From: an uncultured Planctomycetales bacterium
GTDB lineage: Bacteria > Omnitrophota > Gorgyraeia > Zapsychrales > GWA2-47-8
Assembly (NCBI GenBank): GCA_964364715.1
Contig: CAYING010000001.1
Location: forward strand, 33,454 to 96,516
Direction of reading: 5' to 3'
DNA length: 63,063 bases
The notes beneath the pieces are model-generated. The model made no database searches, had not been told where the DNA came from, and worked only from the letters and a program-made list of their open reading frames with translations. The translations under genes and the position numbers were made by a program. Shown one piece after another: positions 61,597 through 63,063 of this stretch. Positions within the stretch are counted from its first letter, which is position 1, and the number at the start of each line of letters is the position of its first letter.

Positions 61597-62739
61597 ATGA
61601 TCTACGCTGTATTGATTCTTATCGTTGTGATCGCGTTTCTTCTGGGGGTAACCTTTGTTTATAAAGGGATCTCCGAGGAGCCGCAGGCCGCCCTTGAGGA
61701 TTTTGGAAAGGTCAAAGGTGAATTGGCCGCCTCCCGCCAGACGGAGGAAAGGCTGAAGGCTGGTCTGGAATTCGCGAACAAAGAGATCGGGTTGGTGAAA
61801 AAGAATTTAGAGGAGGCGCAAAGCAGTCTTCAGAAAAGCCAGCAGGAATTAGCCGCGGTTCAGGATAGCGAAAAGAGTTATAAAAGCAAAATTCGGGATC
61901 TTGAAGAAAAATTAACGGCGCTTTATGCCAAAGCGGATACCCAGGCGAAAAACGCCCTCGAGTTGATCTCAGCTCTCCGTCAGGAGAATGAGTCACTTAA
62001 GCAGAAAGCGGAAACACCGCCACCGTCGCCGGCACCACCAACCCCTGATCCTGGGGCCGTTCAAACCTTAACAAAGGAAGCCGAAACTTTAAAAGCCCAA
62101 TCGCAAGAGTTGTCCACTAAGATTCAGGAGCTTGAGCAGGAATTGGCATCCCAAAAAAGTGAAAGCGAAAAGCAGATCGCGGAAGCTCATTCGACCATTG
62201 AAAGTTTAAAGGCGCAGCCGACAGCAGCGCCGACAGCAGTGCCCTCTGTTCCGGTGGCCGATGATATCGGAAAAGCGGATTTTGAAAATTTACGGTCGGA
62301 GAACGAGCAGTTGAAGGCGCAGATCGCTGAAGGTTTAGAGAAGATCAAGGAATTTGAAAATACCGTTGCGCAATTGAATGCCCGGCCGGTTGCCGCCGCT
62401 CCGGCAGTTCCATCGGAAGCCGATCTGGCTGAGCAGGCAGAATTGAAGCGGGTGAATGAGGATTTGAAAGTTCAAATCGAAGCAATGCGAAAGACGGTCG
62501 AACAATTGAAGGCGGAAAACGCCGCCTCTGCCGCAAAGCCGGCGGACGGTAAGGGTTCTGTCGACCTTGAAGCGCAGATCAGCAAGCTTCAAGAATTTAA
62601 TGAATTTCTGACCAAGAAAGAAAAGATGCTGCAGAATGAATTGACCAAAAGCCGGGTCAAGGCCTTGGGGTTGGAAAGAATTTGTGCGGATTTTAAAACC
62701 CAACTGGAAATGATGGCACAGAGGGCTGTTAAGGCATAG
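61597..62739 (+). CDS. Membrane-anchored coiled-coil protein with Pro/Ala-rich linkers
   Basis: TM anchor MIYAVLILIVVIAFLLG. Heptad-rich segments are separated by PPPSPAPPTPDP, PTAAPTAVPSVP and PVAAAPAVPS linkers. ATG 61597 follows GGAAGGTGAG. Confidence 0.7.
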   Translation: MIYAVLILIVVIAFLLGVTFVYKGISEEPQAALEDFGKVKGELAASRQTEERLKAGLEFANKEIGLVKKNLEEAQSSLQKSQQELAAVQDSEKSYKSKIRDLEEKLTALYAKADTQAKNALELISALRQENESLKQKAETPPPSPAPPTPDPGAVQTLTKEAETLKAQSQELSTKIQELEQELASQKSESEKQIAEAHSTIESLKAQPTAAPTAVPSVPVADDIGKADFENLRSENEQLKAQIAEGLEKIKEFENTVAQLNARPVAAAPAVPSEADLAEQAELKRVNEDLKVQIEAMRKTVEQLKAENAASAAKPADGKGSVDLEAQISKLQEFNEFLTKKEKMLQNELTKSRVKALGLERICADFKTQLEMMAQRAVKA

Positions 62740-62756
62740 GTTTGTAAGGACCGCAG

Positions 62757-63063
62757 ATGTCCCGCCAACTCGTCGAAAACTTCCGCAGTGCGCACGCAAC
62801 GATTCTCAGTTCGATCGATCAGATTCTGATGGTGTGCCGTTCGTATGCCCAAGCGAAACCTCATTTGCGTGCCCTGCATCAGAAGGTTCTGGCTCATCTC
62901 GGCCGCCAGGATAAGGAGCTGATGGATAAGCTGACAGTTGCTTTTGGCGACAATAGGGAGACGGCAAAGTTGCTGGAGTTTCTTGAACATAATCTTAAGG
63001 ATGCTAAAATTAAATTCCTGATTTTTTGCGATAATCATTCCGGTGAACTGGCGGATGTCAATG
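62757..63063 (+). CDS. Partial helical hypothetical protein (runs off the window)
   Basis: Open frame from ATG 62757 to the window end (MSRQLVENFRSAHATILSSIDQIL...). It is absent from the ORF track because it has no stop. Preferred over antisense ORF 62589-63038. Confidence 0.5.
   Translation, partial: MSRQLVENFRSAHATILSSIDQILMVCRSYAQAKPHLRALHQKVLAHLGRQDKELMDKLTVAFGDNRETAKLLEFLEHNLKDAKIKFLIFCDNHSGELADVN

Noticed and set aside
62589-63038. A 149-aa minus-strand ORF lies at the window end.
   Set aside because: It overlaps the 3' end of the coiled-coil gene and is antisense to an open + strand frame (62757 to the window end). The + frame has a better start context and a helical, protein-like composition.
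1-63063. I considered an alternative genetic code or stop-codon recoding.
   Set aside because: All recognisable genes are full-length with standard code 11. I noticed no in-frame stop codons interrupting conserved domains, so nothing suggests recoding.

Overview
This is a gene-dense 63-kb window with about 68 protein-coding genes, all but three on the + strand. I found no rRNA, tRNA, CRISPR array, transposase, integrase or recognisable phage or defence gene. The gene content suggests an uncultivated diderm bacterium: LpoB, a YdbH-YnbE-YdbL operon, HldD, HflKC and several lipoproteins. The phylum cannot be assigned from the sequence alone. Housekeeping genes I recognise are ychF, xseAB, sixA, gpmA, cspA-type, moaC, thyA-folA, an alpha-glucan phosphorylase, apbE and ridA. 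Three c-di-GMP genes are present (PilZ, PAS-GGDEF, REC-EAL).

Two things stand out.

(1) A roughly 15-kb co-directional, overlapping-gene envelope glycosylation island at 33.5-48.7 kb. It holds two GtrB/ArnC-like GT2 enzymes, a flippase-like protein, three large GT-C-type membrane proteins (two YfhO-like, one GT39-like), a TPR protein, a WbpG-type amidotransferase with HisF but no HisH, and a FemAB-like gene. Two more GT-C-like proteins lie elsewhere in the window.

(2) At least four families of small structured repeats that are tightly interlocked with coding sequence:
- a 97-nt element that ends exactly on the start codon of three unrelated genes and carries mutually exclusive pairing boxes around the ATG;
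- an 81-nt twin-hairpin element present in both orientations;
- AAAAGTS-heptamer inverted repeats, also found in-frame inside a DegT-like gene;
- a GC-rich nested palindrome inserted in-frame into a membrane protein gene.

I could not match the 97-nt leader or the other repeat families to anything described, and I rate them the most novel signals here. All functional calls come from motif recognition by eye in the supplied translations. No database search was run.
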